The position numbers and the translations under genes were made by a program. This document shows positions 48,525-58,310 of a stretch of DNA of 64,000 nt, piece after piece. This stretch comes from Longimicrobiales bacterium (GTDB lineage: Bacteria; Gemmatimonadota; Gemmatimonadetes; Longimicrobiales; Gaopeijiaceae). Numbering within the stretch: the stretch's first letter is position 1; each line of letters starts with the position of its first letter. Location of the stretch: contig OY730414.1 in assembly GCA_963422615.1 (NCBI GenBank), positions 2,340,302 to 2,404,301 on the forward strand, written 5' to 3'. Under the pieces are notes generated by a model. It was given only the letters and a program-made list of their open reading frames with translations. It was not told the DNA's origin and made no database searches.

Positions 48525-49382
48525 CTATTCGGGTACCACCTGAGGCGCTAGCCCTTCCCGGAACGGTTGGGAGACGACGTTCACCGGCCAGTCGTACACC
48601 CTGGAAATGTTCGGCGCCGTAATGACATCCCCGGCGTTCCCTTCGGCGACCACCACCCCTTGCTTCAGGAGTAGGTGACGGTCGCCGAACCGAGCGGCCA
48701 GGTTCAGGTTGTGGGTCACGACCACCACGGCAACACCGTCGTGGGCGAGCTCCCGAAGGAGGCGAAAGATCGCCATCTCGTAACGCATGTCGAGGGCCGC
48801 CGTCGGCTCGTCCAGAATCAGAGCCCTGGGTTCCTGCGCCAGCGCACGGGCGATGCGCACGCGCTGTCTTTCGCCCCCCGAGAGGGTCTGGAAGGTCCGC
48901 TCCTGGAGGCTTGCGACGCTGCAACGTACCATGGCCTGGAAAATGGCCTCCCGGTCCACGGGGCCCTCCCTTCTCCAGGGTCCGAGGTCGGGGTATCGAC
49001 CCATGGCGACCAGACTCTTCACCGTGACAGGGAAGGGAACGTGCTCGTTCTGAGCGACCACGGCCATTTGCCTAGCGAGGGCCCGCCTAGGCCATTGGTC
49101 CAGAGGGCGCCCCGCGAAGCGCACCGTACCCGATTCCGGCCGGAGACCCCCGGCAAGGAGGCGCAGCAAGGTCGACTTTCCTGAGCCGTTGGGCCCCAGA
49201 ACCGCGGACAAAGCCCCGGCAGCAGCACGAAGGGAGACCTCCCGCAAGGCTTCCCTCTTGGTGCCGGGATATCGAAAACACAGGGACTCGCCTTCCAGGA
49301 CCGGAGGCCCACGCCCACCCGCTGCCCGACTGGGCGCAAGGACCGGTACCGGCTGGCCAGTCTCCCCTTGGGCGCCCTTCAC
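48525..49382 (-). CDS. Iron-siderophore/cobalamin ABC transporter ATP-binding protein
   Basis: GPNGSGKST, LSGGERQR, LILDEPT, VTHNLNLA; GTGA overlap with the permease gene. Confidence 0.92.
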   Translation of the reverse strand: MKGAQGETGQPVPVLAPSRAAGGRGPPVLEGESLCFRYPGTKREALREVSLRAAAGALSAVLGPNGSGKSTLLRLLAGGLRPESGTVRFAGRPLDQWPRRALARQMAVVAQNEHVPFPVTVKSLVAMGRYPDLGPWRREGPVDREAIFQAMVRCSVASLQERTFQTLSGGERQRVRIARALAQEPRALILDEPTAALDMRYEMAIFRLLRELAHDGVAVVVVTHNLNLAARFGDRHLLLKQGVVVAEGNAGDVITAPNISRVYDWPVNVVSQPFREGLAPQVVPE

Positions 49383-50362
49383 CGGGCACTTCTCACCAAG
49401 AGAACCGCGAAAAGGGGAACCCCGACAAGGGCGGTGATGACGCCTGTGGGGAGCTCCCGAGGAGCCACAATCGTCCGAGCCAACGTGTCCGCGAGTACGA
49501 GGAAGATGCCCCCACCCAGTAGGGACGCGGGAAGGAGGGTGCGATGATCGCCACCCCAAAGCATTCGAACGGTGTGGGGAATGATCAAGCCGACGAAGCC
49601 GATAATCCCCGTGACGGCAACGGATGCACCTACGGCCAGGGAGGCCGCCAGGTATCCGGCCTGTTTCACCCGCTCGACGGGCACGCCCAAGTAGGTCGCC
49701 GTTTCCTCCCCCACGGCAAGAAGGTTCAGCGGCCGGGCGAGGGCCCCGATCAAAGCCAGGCAGGGCAACAGGAACAGGGCAAGGGCGCCGGCCTGAAGGG
49801 AGCCGGCCCTAGACAGACTCCCCATCATCCAGAAGACGGCCGAGCGGAAGGACTGGGCGTCGGCAATCGTCAGGAGCAGGAGGATGATGGCATTGAAGAA
49901 CGCGCCTGCGATCACGCCTGCCAGGAGAAGGATTCTCGCATCCAGTCCCCGTCCCGCCGCAAGGGCAAGGCGCAGGACCAACACGACGGCGAACAATGCG
50001 CCGACGAGCGCACCCACCGTGACTCCCCCCAGAAAGATGCCGAAGCCGAGCACCATCACGACGACCGACCCGACCGCCGCACCTCCGGAGACCCCCAGGA
50101 TGTAGGGATCGGCCAGGGGATTGCGGAGCAACGCCTGGAAGACGGCGCCGGAGACTCCCAGGGCACCGCCGACGAGCAGTGCCAGGAGGACGCGGGGCAA
50201 CCGAAGCTGGAGGATGACGGCTCGGTGCGGGTCCTCTCCGCCCCCTGTAAGAATCTCCACGATTTCGCCAGGAGGCACGGAAACGGAGCCAGCGCTCACC
50301 GCAAGGAGCGCCGCCGCGACCGCCGCAACGACCAGCAGGGACAGCACCTTGAGACGGGCCAT
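49379..50362 (-). CDS. FecCD/BtuC family ABC permease
   Basis: LRLPRV, FQALLRNPLADPYILGVSGGA, GIIGFVGLIIPH. Confidence 0.93.
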   Translation of the reverse strand: MARLKVLSLLVVAAVAAALLAVSAGSVSVPPGEIVEILTGGGEDPHRAVILQLRLPRVLLALLVGGALGVSGAVFQALLRNPLADPYILGVSGGAAVGSVVVMVLGFGIFLGGVTVGALVGALFAVVLVLRLALAAGRGLDARILLLAGVIAGAFFNAIILLLLTIADAQSFRSAVFWMMGSLSRAGSLQAGALALFLLPCLALIGALARPLNLLAVGEETATYLGVPVERVKQAGYLAASLAVGASVAVTGIIGFVGLIIPHTVRMLWGGDHRTLLPASLLGGGIFLVLADTLARTIVAPRELPTGVITALVGVPLFAVLLVRSAR

Positions 50363-51333
50363 CAGGTTCCCGCCGGAAAACAACCGCCACCAGAAGGGTC
50401 TGCCGGGCGACTGGCGGCAAGGAACCGGGAAGACAGGTACCGGGCCGCTACCCCCATGCGGGGACCTGGTCGCCCGAAAAGAGAGGCGTCCACCGAGATC
50501 ACTCGCCCCGAAGCCACCGCCCTGACGGCGCGCCAACCCGGAAGTTCGGCCAGTCGGTCAACGGAAGGATCCCGGTACTCCGACGAAACGGCGGGCGTGC
50601 CGTACCCCGGAACCGGCACGATTACGAACGAGGGATCCCTCCCCACCACCTCTTCCATACTCACCAGCGGCCATGACCCCTGGATGTCCCGAAAGACGTT
50701 TTCGGCCCCGGAAGCCGCAAGAACCGAGTCCAGGAACGTACCGGGTCCAACGGTCATCGGCGGATCTTCCTGGACGACATAGACCACCCTGACGAGGTCG
50801 CGTCCGGACCAGGATGCCCGGGCCGCCGCCAACTGTGCCTCCACCACCGATACGACCCTTTCTCCCCGCTCGGACATGCCAACAAGGCGCCCGAGGTTGC
50901 CGGTGTGCCGCCTGAAGTCGGCCATGGTCTGCATCTCGGCGCCGTACGAATCCACGCCTACCGCCGCCAAGCGGTCCCGGAGAGAAACGCCAGCGCCCGC
51001 GGCCGGCCACAGAATCACCAAGTCCGGGGCCAACTCCGCCAGAAGCTCGATGTGGGGGTCGGTCCCCCCGCCGACGGAAGGAAGAGACGCCAGTTCGGGC
51101 TGCTCGTCGTACCGGGTGCGCGCGACGATGCGATCCGAAGCGCCCAGCGCGATAAGGATCTCCGTAGCTGCGGGGACGAGGGACACGATGCGGGACCTGG
51201 GCGGGGCGGTGTCGTGAAGGCGACCCAAGTCGTCGGCGACGGCATCCTCCGATCGCCCTTGGGGGTCAGGGGCACAGTGCCAGGAGAATGCCGCGAAGAA
51301 AACCAAGGCCAGTCCTCGAAAGCGAAGTCTCAT
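50362..51333 (-). CDS. BtuF-like helical-backbone periplasmic binding lipoprotein
   Basis: RIVSLVPAATEIL.ALG, PDLVI, GTFLDS, RPGPR; lipobox-like SWHC. Confidence 0.85.
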   Translation of the reverse strand: MRLRFRGLALVFFAAFSWHCAPDPQGRSEDAVADDLGRLHDTAPPRSRIVSLVPAATEILIALGASDRIVARTRYDEQPELASLPSVGGGTDPHIELLAELAPDLVILWPAAGAGVSLRDRLAAVGVDSYGAEMQTMADFRRHTGNLGRLVGMSERGERVVSVVEAQLAAARASWSGRDLVRVVYVVQEDPPMTVGPGTFLDSVLAASGAENVFRDIQGSWPLVSMEEVVGRDPSFVIVPVPGYGTPAVSSEYRDPSVDRLAELPGWRAVRAVASGRVISVDASLFGRPGPRMGVAARYLSSRFLAASRPADPSGGGCFPAGT

Positions 51334-51382
51334 GACGGCTGGGACACGGTGACGCAAGGGATCCGCGGAATCGGAAATCGTT

Positions 51383-53326
51383 TCAAAGAAGAGCGTTTGC
51401 CGCCCAGGCCCCCGCGTACGCAAGAACCAGCATGTATCCGAACTGCAAAACCGGCCACCGCCAGCCGCCCGTCTCCCTTCGCATCACCGCGACCGTGGAC
51501 ATGCACTGAAGGGCAAACACAAAGAACACCAGGAGGCCCACTGCCTCCCCCAGGTCCAGATCCCGCTGCAGGGCAGCCTGAAGCTCGAAGGAGGTGTCAT
51601 CCTGGCTCTCCACCCCGTAGATGGTTCCCAAGGTCCCCACGATCACTTCCCTGGCTGCCAGAGAGGTGACCAAGCCGATGCCGATGCGCCAGTCGAAGCC
51701 CAGGGGTTCGATGGCGGGCTCGATCACGTGGCCCATCCACCCCAGGGCACTGTCTCCGATGTCCGGCGGCCCGCCCTCGGCGCTCCTAGGAACCTGGGTC
51801 AGGATCCAAAGGACCACGGCTACGCTCAAGATGATTTTCCCAGCGCGCCGAAGGAAAATCTTCGCTCGATCCAAGAGGCGGGTCGCGATGGACCGCACGG
51901 TGGGCCGCCGATAGGGAGGAAGCTCCATGACGAAGGGGGCGGGGCGGCTCTTCAGAAGGGTCCCCTTCAGGATCGCCGCCGTCCCGAAGGCGGCCACGAG
52001 TCCAAGCCCGTAGAGACCGAAGAGGACGGCAGAACGCAAACCCAGGAACGGCCCCAGAAGAGGCTCGGCGGGAACGAAAGCCGCGATGAGCAGCGCGTAT
52101 ACCGGAAGACGGGCAGAGCAGGTCATGAACGGAGCGATGAAGATGGTGGCCAACCGATCCCGCTCGTTTTCGACGGTTCGGGCCGCCATCACCGCCGGAA
52201 CCGCGCAGGCGTAGGCCGAGAGAAGGGGCAGGAAGGACTCGCCTTGAAGCCCGATCCGGTGCATAAGGCGATCGGCGATCACAGCAGCCCGAGCCATGTA
52301 GCCCGAGTCTTCCAAAACCGCGATGAAGAAGAACAGGATGAGGATTTGGGGGAGGAAGACCACCACGGATCCCACGCCGGCCCAGACGCCGTCAATCAGC
52401 AGGGAACGGAACCAGCCCTCGGGGAGAAGCCCCGCCACATACCGTCCCGAGGCGGCGATGACGGCTTCGGCCCCATCCATAAGGGGAACCGCCCACGCAA
52501 AGATCGCCTGAAACACGAAGACAACCACCGCCAGGAAGACGAGGGGACCCGCGATGCGGTGTAGGAACAGGGCGTCCAAACGCTGCGTGACTCGGGATGG
52601 ACGAGGAGCCAAGAACCCGGCGGAACGGCTGAGGGCACGGGCGCGTTCACGACGGGCGGCAAACAGATCGATGACGGGAAGGGTGCGGCCCTGGGGGGAA
52701 TCTGCAGCCGACTTGGCAACCGCAGCGACGGGACACGCCCGTACTTCTTCGCCCCCCGTGCACAGCGCTTCAAGGAAGCGGCGGACCGGCTCGAGGGCGG
52801 CACTGCTACGGGCGTCAACCAGCGCCACCTCCACCCCCAGGTCCCTGGACAGCGCACGAACTCGCAGCGCACCGTCTCCCTTGTCCATTTCGTCCGCCAT
52901 GGTGAGAACGACAAGGGTCGGCAACCCGAGCTCGAGGACGGGCTCGGCGATCATCAGGTGAGGAGAAAGACGGGTCACATCCAGCACCAGGACCACCGCG
53001 TCGGGTACCCGGCCGCCTTCCAGCCTTCCCAGGAGAACATCTCGGGCCACCGACTGGTCCGGACTCCGCGGTGACAGCCCGTGGATGCCCGGCAGATCCG
53101 TCACTTCCACCGACCCCGACGGGAGTTCTGCGAACCCGGATCTTCGCTCGACGGTTACGCCGGGATAGTTGGCAACCCGCTGACGCAGCCCTGTGAGGGC
53201 ATTGAACAGGGTGGACTTCCCGGAGTTGGGCGGCCCGGCCAGCGCCACCAGAGGACGGCGATCGGCCGCCGAGATTCCGCTCGAGAACTCGGCTGCCGCA
53301 ACGGCAGGCCCCCCACTCGGGTTCAA
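51383..53326 (-). CDS. feoB: Ferrous iron transporter B
   Basis: GPPNSGKSTLFNALTG, NYPGVTVE, DLPG, LEDSGYMAR, CSARLPVY, AAREV. Confidence 0.95.
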   Translation of the reverse strand: MNPSGGPAVAAAEFSSGISAADRRPLVALAGPPNSGKSTLFNALTGLRQRVANYPGVTVERRSGFAELPSGSVEVTDLPGIHGLSPRSPDQSVARDVLLGRLEGGRVPDAVVLVLDVTRLSPHLMIAEPVLELGLPTLVVLTMADEMDKGDGALRVRALSRDLGVEVALVDARSSAALEPVRRFLEALCTGGEEVRACPVAAVAKSAADSPQGRTLPVIDLFAARRERARALSRSAGFLAPRPSRVTQRLDALFLHRIAGPLVFLAVVVFVFQAIFAWAVPLMDGAEAVIAASGRYVAGLLPEGWFRSLLIDGVWAGVGSVVVFLPQILILFFFIAVLEDSGYMARAAVIADRLMHRIGLQGESFLPLLSAYACAVPAVMAARTVENERDRLATIFIAPFMTCSARLPVYALLIAAFVPAEPLLGPFLGLRSAVLFGLYGLGLVAAFGTAAILKGTLLKSRPAPFVMELPPYRRPTVRSIATRLLDRAKIFLRRAGKIILSVAVVLWILTQVPRSAEGGPPDIGDSALGWMGHVIEPAIEPLGFDWRIGIGLVTSLAAREVIVGTLGTIYGVESQDDTSFELQAALQRDLDLGEAVGLLVFFVFALQCMSTVAVMRRETGGWRWPVLQFGYMLVLAYAGAWAANALL

Positions 53327-53616
53327 TTCGGGTCTAGGAGCCCCGCCGCCTCCAGGGCACTACGCACGCAGAGACAAGAAGCCGTCTCCCTTCGAAGGGC
53401 CACGAGGGCACCGTCCACCCGATAGACGGTGGGGCTCCCCGCCGGAGCGTGGCGAACCGGACAGACCCGACAACCCGGCACGATACCGCGCTCAAGAAGT
53501 GGTTCCAGATCCTCTCCGACCAAGTCAATCCGCACAAGGACGACTTCTTCCTCAAGGGGAACGTCTGCCAGCATGCGGTCAATGCCCTTCCGCGCCACGC
53601 CACCTGTCCCACTCAT
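53323..53616 (-). CDS. feoA: Ferrous iron transport protein A
   Basis: LLERGIVPG...APAGSP...VALRRE; AGGAGG RBS; overlaps the feoB start. Confidence 0.88.
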   Translation of the reverse strand: MSGTGGVARKGIDRMLADVPLEEEVVLVRIDLVGEDLEPLLERGIVPGCRVCPVRHAPAGSPTVYRVDGALVALRRETASCLCVRSALEAAGLLDPN

Positions 53617-53978
53617 GCTTCCTCCTGGGAAGCTGCCTTTTCGTAACCTCTAGAGGTGCCGACCGGGCCCCGACCGGCATCAATGCCACCGGGTCCATAA
53701 GTCCGCTTGTTAGGATAATGGCCCGAACCGGGAACGAAAACCCCTGGGGATTCGCCCCCGGGGATTCGCCGCGTAACCTATCCCTACCTTGTTCCCGCAA
53801 GACCCCGGCAGGACCTTGCCTGGGGCGGACCCGGAGACGGAACACGAACTTGCCCACTTGGGTCCGGGGCGTCAACAAAGGACGAAGGGCGCATAGACGG
53901 GGCGCATAGATCCGATGGATCCACGCGCAAGCGAAGCAGGCGGGTAACGCCTGTCAAGAACACCTCACCCAAGGGACC

Positions 53979-54018
53979 TCCGAGCGTCCGACCGGAGTGA
54001 TCCGGTCGGACGCTCGGA
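53979..54018. terminator. Perfect 18-bp inverted repeat with GTGA loop (terminator or REP-like hairpin)
   Basis: TCCGAGCGTCCGACCGGA-GTGA-TCCGGTCGGACGCTCGGA downstream of the cold-shock gene; no poly-U tail. Confidence 0.55.
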
Positions 54019-54095
54019 ACCTATGGACTTGTTACCCAGATCTCCCCTAAGGGCCCACAAGGGGATCCCTCTCCAATAAGGAGATCCCCGGGAAG

Positions 54096-54305
54096 TTACG
54101 CCAAGCGGACGACGTTCTCCGCGGCGGGCCCTTTTTGCCCGTCAACCACGTCGAACTCGACTCGCTCGCCTTCGGCCAGGCTCCTGAAGCCTTCGGTCTG
54201 GATGGAGGTGTAGTGCACGAAGCAATCCTCCCCATTGTCGGCTCGGGAAATGAACCCAAAGCCCTTCTGATCGTTGAACCACTTCACGGTTCCCTGCGTA
54301 CGCAC
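54096..54305 (-). CDS. Cold-shock domain protein (CspA family)
   Basis: [36 protein letters not shown] at 54305 after AGGAG. Confidence 0.96.
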   Translation of the reverse strand: MRTQGTVKWFNDQKGFGFISRADNGEDCFVHYTSIQTEGFRSLAEGERVEFDVVDGQKGPAAENVVRLA

Positions 54306-54659
54306 GTTTTCTTTCTCCTGATGTTTGGGAGCCGTCTGCCGGCCCTCTCCCGATCTCGCTCGTTCCGGTTGCCCGAAACTGGGGATGGGCGGCCCGGATG
54401 GCCAAACAAAAAGACGGGCGCCCCTTAGGAAAGCGGTTCGGGGCCCGTCCTTTGATTGAGTTTGATTCTGACCGTCCAGACTTGCTCCTGTTGTACGATA
54501 GGGAAGATGGTAAGGAATCCGCTTTCGGTCAACAGGGAGATTCTGCGCGCCCATCCCGCCCCTAGGGCCCCGAAGCCGTGCCGATGACGCCCAGCACGAC
54601 CCCCAGCCGGACACCAGCGGTTGAGGGACAACCCTCAAATCTCGGTCGGCCTAGAGCCA

Positions 54660-55298
54660 TCAATACGTATCGTGCGGCGTGACGTCCAATTTCGTGATGT
54701 GGAGATTCAGCCCGTGGTTCACCCGGAACCCGTACACGCCGTCCATCCCCAAGCCGGACCGGGGAAGGTTGGCGACTTCCTCCCCATTCACCCGGAAGCG
54801 CACGGTGTCGGCACCGGCTTCGATGGCAAGCACATTCTTGGCCGTTCCGGCGTCGCCCCGATCTTCGTACGACAGAACCGCATCGTGGGCCGTCCACGGC
54901 AGTACCGTCGGCGCCTCCGGGCCCTCCCTCCGCTTGACGATGAACTCACCGCCGTTGCGGATCAGGAAGTAGGTGTACTCAATGGCGTCGCCCTCCAGCC
55001 CCTGGCCGCCGACGAAGACGCCGAATGCCTCCCGGCGGTCACCGGGATCGAATAGGGAGACCTCCATCTCGATGCGAAAGTTGCCTGCCGCCTCCATGTC
55101 GGGGCCCCAGTAGATCGCCGCCGGACCCGAGGTGACGTGCCAGCCCGGCGGCATCGAGACGAACATCTCGAGGTCGGCCTCCGACATGCCGGAACGGTCG
55201 AAACGGACCTTCCAGCCGTCGGGGCGTTCCAGCTCTTGAGCCGCCGGGAACAGGACCAGCAACAGACCCACGAGGAGAAAACGAGGAAAAGGGCGCAT
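54660..55298 (-). CDS. Secreted hypothetical protein (beta-sandwich, DUF1080-like)
   Basis: Signal peptide; EAFGVFVGG...YTYFLIR...NVLAI...FRVNG; fold assignment tentative. Confidence 0.7.
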   Translation of the reverse strand: MRPFPRFLLVGLLLVLFPAAQELERPDGWKVRFDRSGMSEADLEMFVSMPPGWHVTSGPAAIYWGPDMEAAGNFRIEMEVSLFDPGDRREAFGVFVGGQGLEGDAIEYTYFLIRNGGEFIVKRREGPEAPTVLPWTAHDAVLSYEDRGDAGTAKNVLAIEAGADTVRFRVNGEEVANLPRSGLGMDGVYGFRVNHGLNLHITKLDVTPHDTY

Positions 55299-55398
55299 GT
55301 CTTTCCGAGACCTCTTAGTCATTAGGAATTTCAAGGGCTTTTCAAGCCGCCGAAGAAAATCGGCCAGGATACCAAGGTCGGCAAAAGGGCGGCGGGGT

Positions 55399-55730
55399 GT
55401 CAATGCGGCCTGGGGATGGCGGCGGGGAGGCGCCGGATGAGGAGGACGGGATGCCCGGTCCGGCCAGGGACGACAGATCCGGACCTTGAAAGCGCTTTCT
55501 GACTGCTCGGGCCGTTCCCATCATCCGGTCACCCCGGACGGACAATGGGGTGGACCTGCTGCCGGGACCTCCAAGGTGGCGTCAAGCGGGAGAGGATTAG
55601 GAGTCAGAGGCCCGGGGGACCACTAGACACCGCGAGCTTGATGGCGAAGCCATCGAAACCGGCGAGGATATGCGCCGTCCTGGGTCCGGCCCTCCACCCG
55701 ATATCCGTTGGAAAACCGTGTGGACGCCAA
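55399..55730. repeat. Repeat copy A: downstream region plus degenerate 3' end of gene 59476..60591
   Basis: Shares long blocks (ggacctccaaggtgg, aggagtcagag, gacaccgcgagcttga, cgttggaaaaccgtgtggacgccaa) with 57801-58107 and 59377-59607. Confidence 0.85.
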
Positions 55731-55787
55731 TAGGTCAATCGGATCTACCTTTCTTGACATCCGAGCCCGGATAGCGATCTTTCGGTC

Positions 55788-56023
55788 GTCTCGTCCATAC
55801 CGCCGCGTCGGGCACACTGACCGCTCTGCTTCAAGCCCCGCTGGAGGATTGGCCGGACACCCACCATCTCACCTCCATATAAGGAGATCCATCATGAACC
55901 GCTTCGTCTCGTCCATACCGCCGCGTCGGGCACACTGACCGCTCTGCTTCAAGCCCCGCTGGAGGATTGGCCGGACACCCACCATCTCACCTCCATATAA
56001 GGAGATCCATCATGAACCGCTTC
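55788..56023 (+). repeat. Exact 118-bp tandem duplication of the peptide gene leader, RBS and first codons
   Basis: 55788..55905 equals 55906..56023; a diverged third copy lies at 58115..58226. Confidence 0.92.
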
Positions 56024-56236
56024 ACTAACCAAGCATCCACATCCAACCGGCGGGTCGTCCTCTCCCGCAGCGTTATGGTCGGCGCCATCGCGCTTGCGCT
56101 CGCTTTCGTCTGGGGCTCGTCTTCGAGCGCCCAGCCCAGTGTCTCCCAAGGCATCTGCGACGACTGGGGCTGCCATTCCGGCGAGGAGAAGTGCATGACC
56201 GTCGGGCCGGTCACCTGCTGGGACCACAGGCACTAG
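56012..56236 (+). CDS. Secreted Cys-rich small peptide precursor (74 aa, 4 Cys)
   Basis: TAAGGAG RBS; MNRFTNQASTSNRRVVLSRSVMVGAIALALAFVWGSSSSA|QPSVSQGICDDWGCHSGEEKCMTVGPVTCWDHRH*; TAGTG-coupled to the next gene. Confidence 0.8.
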   Translation: MNRFTNQASTSNRRVVLSRSVMVGAIALALAFVWGSSSSAQPSVSQGICDDWGCHSGEEKCMTVGPVTCWDHRH

Positions 56237-56724
56237 TGCGAAGTGCTGCGTTGCCCGGCACAACCGGGCTTGCTGTACTCGGTACGCTGATCGTCATCGG
56301 CGCCGTGGGCATGGGGCGGGCAAATCCCGCCCCATCGCCCTTGGCGTCTCTCTTGACTTCCGAGGACCCAGGGTTTCTTGATTTCACGTTGGTCTTTCGA
56401 CCGCTCGATTGTCAGCTACCGATCGAGATCATTGAGGAACTGAACGAACTGGCGAGCGCGGAAGCCGTTACGGTTCGAGGAATCATGATTGGTCCAATCC
56501 CCGAAGGAGACGACCTCGATATCCTGCTACGAGGACTCGGCGTAACGTTCCCAGTCGTGGAAGATGCCGACGGCTACTGGTCCGATGCCTTGATCCGAGA
56601 ATCGATACCCAACCCAACCCTGTTCATCTACAAGCGTGGTTTGCGTTATGTCTCGATCAGCCTTGAGGGCCTGCGAACACTCAAGCGCTATCTGCCCAGA
56701 ACGGGGAGGGCCGTCGGTGGTTAG
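56236..56724 (+). CDS. Membrane-anchored thioredoxin/redoxin-fold protein (single Cys)
   Basis: N-terminal TM/signal; LVFRPLDCQLP, VTFPVVEDADG, IPNPTLFIY resemble the TlpA/AhpC-TSA layout. Confidence 0.65.
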   Translation: MRSAALPGTTGLAVLGTLIVIGAVGMGRANPAPSPLASLLTSEDPGFLDFTLVFRPLDCQLPIEIIEELNELASAEAVTVRGIMIGPIPEGDDLDILLRGLGVTFPVVEDADGYWSDALIRESIPNPTLFIYKRGLRYVSISLEGLRTLKRYLPRTGRAVGG

Positions 56725-57733
56725 TGCGGTGGGGCGTGGAGTTCTCGTTCTGACAGCCCTGCTGCTGGCTTCCTTTAATTCTCCTCGGCTATCCGGCCAA
56801 GTTGCCCGCACATGGGTGGAGCCAACCGGCAGTCGCGTACTCGTCGCAGGACAAATGGATTCTTTCCTTCTTCAGCCAAGCTCGGTCGACATGGGTCGCA
56901 ACATCGTCGTCTTGTTTGACAGGGGTGACGAGTCTCTGAAGGCTGTTGACCGCGCCACGGGCCGGTTACAGTGGGAGCTAGGACGTTCCGGTCAAGGTCC
57001 ATGGGAGTTCGCGGGCGTGACCGATATCGCGATGGGACCGGCAGATTCGGTCTGGGTGCTTGATGCCGAAAACCGGCGTGTCTACATCGTCGGACCTGAC
57101 GGCTCTCAGGGCCGGGTAATCAATATTGCACTTGCCCTGGCAGCATCGGAAGCTCCCTACCGGATGGCCGTGCTTCCCGATGGTTTTGTGCTCGGTCTGA
57201 GCAGTACGGATAACGGTTTGGCGGCTGTGTTTTCGGCTGACGGACAGCGTCGTGCCATGGTCAGAGGACCGCCGTGGATAGAGGATCTGACTTACATGGC
57301 GGCTGATTACCGCTTGGATGGTGATCCCAAGTCAGGGAGCTTCGCTGCGGTATTTCAGTTCACTGGCAGGATTCTGGATGGCAGACCGGGAAGCGGATCG
57401 CCAGACGTACAGGAGCTGGAAGCAGTCGTGATGGCTGACGAGCCCGAAATCATCCATTTTGAGATTGACGGCATGGCAGCCTCCCGGTTGGCGCCCGGAC
57501 AAGTGAGACTGGCACGCAGTATAGCGGTGGAGGGAGACCGCATTATGATCCTGTCGGCACGGCAGTCGGACGATGAATGGGTGGCAGACGTAATCGACGT
57601 CTACGAGAACCGTGACTACCTGTACAGCATTCGCCTACCTGCGGTCGCTAGACGAATCGCTGCGTTCGGTAACACCATTACCACTCTCGAAACCGAAATG
57701 TTGCCCACGATCCGCGAACTGATATTGCCGTAG
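56717..57733 (+). CDS. Secreted 6-bladed beta-propeller protein
   Basis: Signal peptide; LGRSGQGPWEF, VWVLDAENRRV, IDVY...YLYSIRLP. Confidence 0.8.
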   Translation: MVSAVGRGVLVLTALLLASFNSPRLSGQVARTWVEPTGSRVLVAGQMDSFLLQPSSVDMGRNIVVLFDRGDESLKAVDRATGRLQWELGRSGQGPWEFAGVTDIAMGPADSVWVLDAENRRVYIVGPDGSQGRVINIALALAASEAPYRMAVLPDGFVLGLSSTDNGLAAVFSADGQRRAMVRGPPWIEDLTYMAADYRLDGDPKSGSFAAVFQFTGRILDGRPGSGSPDVQELEAVVMADEPEIIHFEIDGMAASRLAPGQVRLARSIAVEGDRIMILSARQSDDEWVADVIDVYENRDYLYSIRLPAVARRIAAFGNTITTLETEMLPTIRELILP

Positions 57734-57800
57734 AGAAGCTCTGTCTTGCCCGAGCCGTGCCGAGCCGAAGTTGTTGGAGCGGCGATGCTTGAGGTCTCTC

Positions 57801-58107
57801 GTCAATGCGGGGCTGGGGATGGCGGCGGGGAGGCGCCGGATGAGGATGCCCGGTCCGGCCAGACGGCCAGGCCAGGACGACAGATCCGGACCTTTGAAGG
57901 CGCTTTCTGGCTGGTCGGGCCGTTCCCATCATCCGGTCGGTCACGGTCACCCCGGGGGGTGGAATGGGGTCAACCCGCTGCCGGAACCTCCGCTGTGGAG
58001 GAGGTCCCAGGACCTCCAAGGTGGTTTCAAGCGGGAGAGGATTTAGGAGTCAGAGTCCCGGGGACCAACGGACACCGCGAGCTTGACTGCGAAGCCATCG
58101 AAATCGG
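57801..58107. repeat. Repeat copy B (between cassette 1 and its duplicate)
   Basis: Homologous to 55399-55660 and 59377-59540. Confidence 0.85.
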
Positions 58108-58310
58108 TCACCTTGTCCATATCGTCGCGTCGGGCACACTGACCGCTCTGCTTCGAGCTCCGCTGGAGGATTGGCCGGACACCCACCATCTTACCTCCAT
58201 AAAGGAGATCCATCATGAACCGCTTCCCTCACTGCGTTATGCCTTGGATCAGCCTTGAGGGCCTGCGAAAACACTCAAGCGCGATCTGCCCAGAACGGGG
58301 AGGGCCGTCG

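Noticed and set aside
51334..51382. Cobalamin riboswitch ahead of the BtuF-like gene
   Set aside because: Only about 50 nt of intergenic sequence; no B12-box recognised here or upstream of feoA.
54411..54452. Hairpin in the cold-shock gene's 5' region
   Set aside because: Structured csp leaders are expected, and I cannot assign it to a specific thermoregulator family by eye.
55788..56023. Tandem repeats considered as a CRISPR array
   Set aside because: The 118-bp units are adjacent with no spacers, and no cas genes are present.
57746..58258. 170-aa ORF spanning repeat B, and 59341..60108
   Set aside because: They consist of repeat-derived or antisense sequence whose copies differ by frame-breaking indels.
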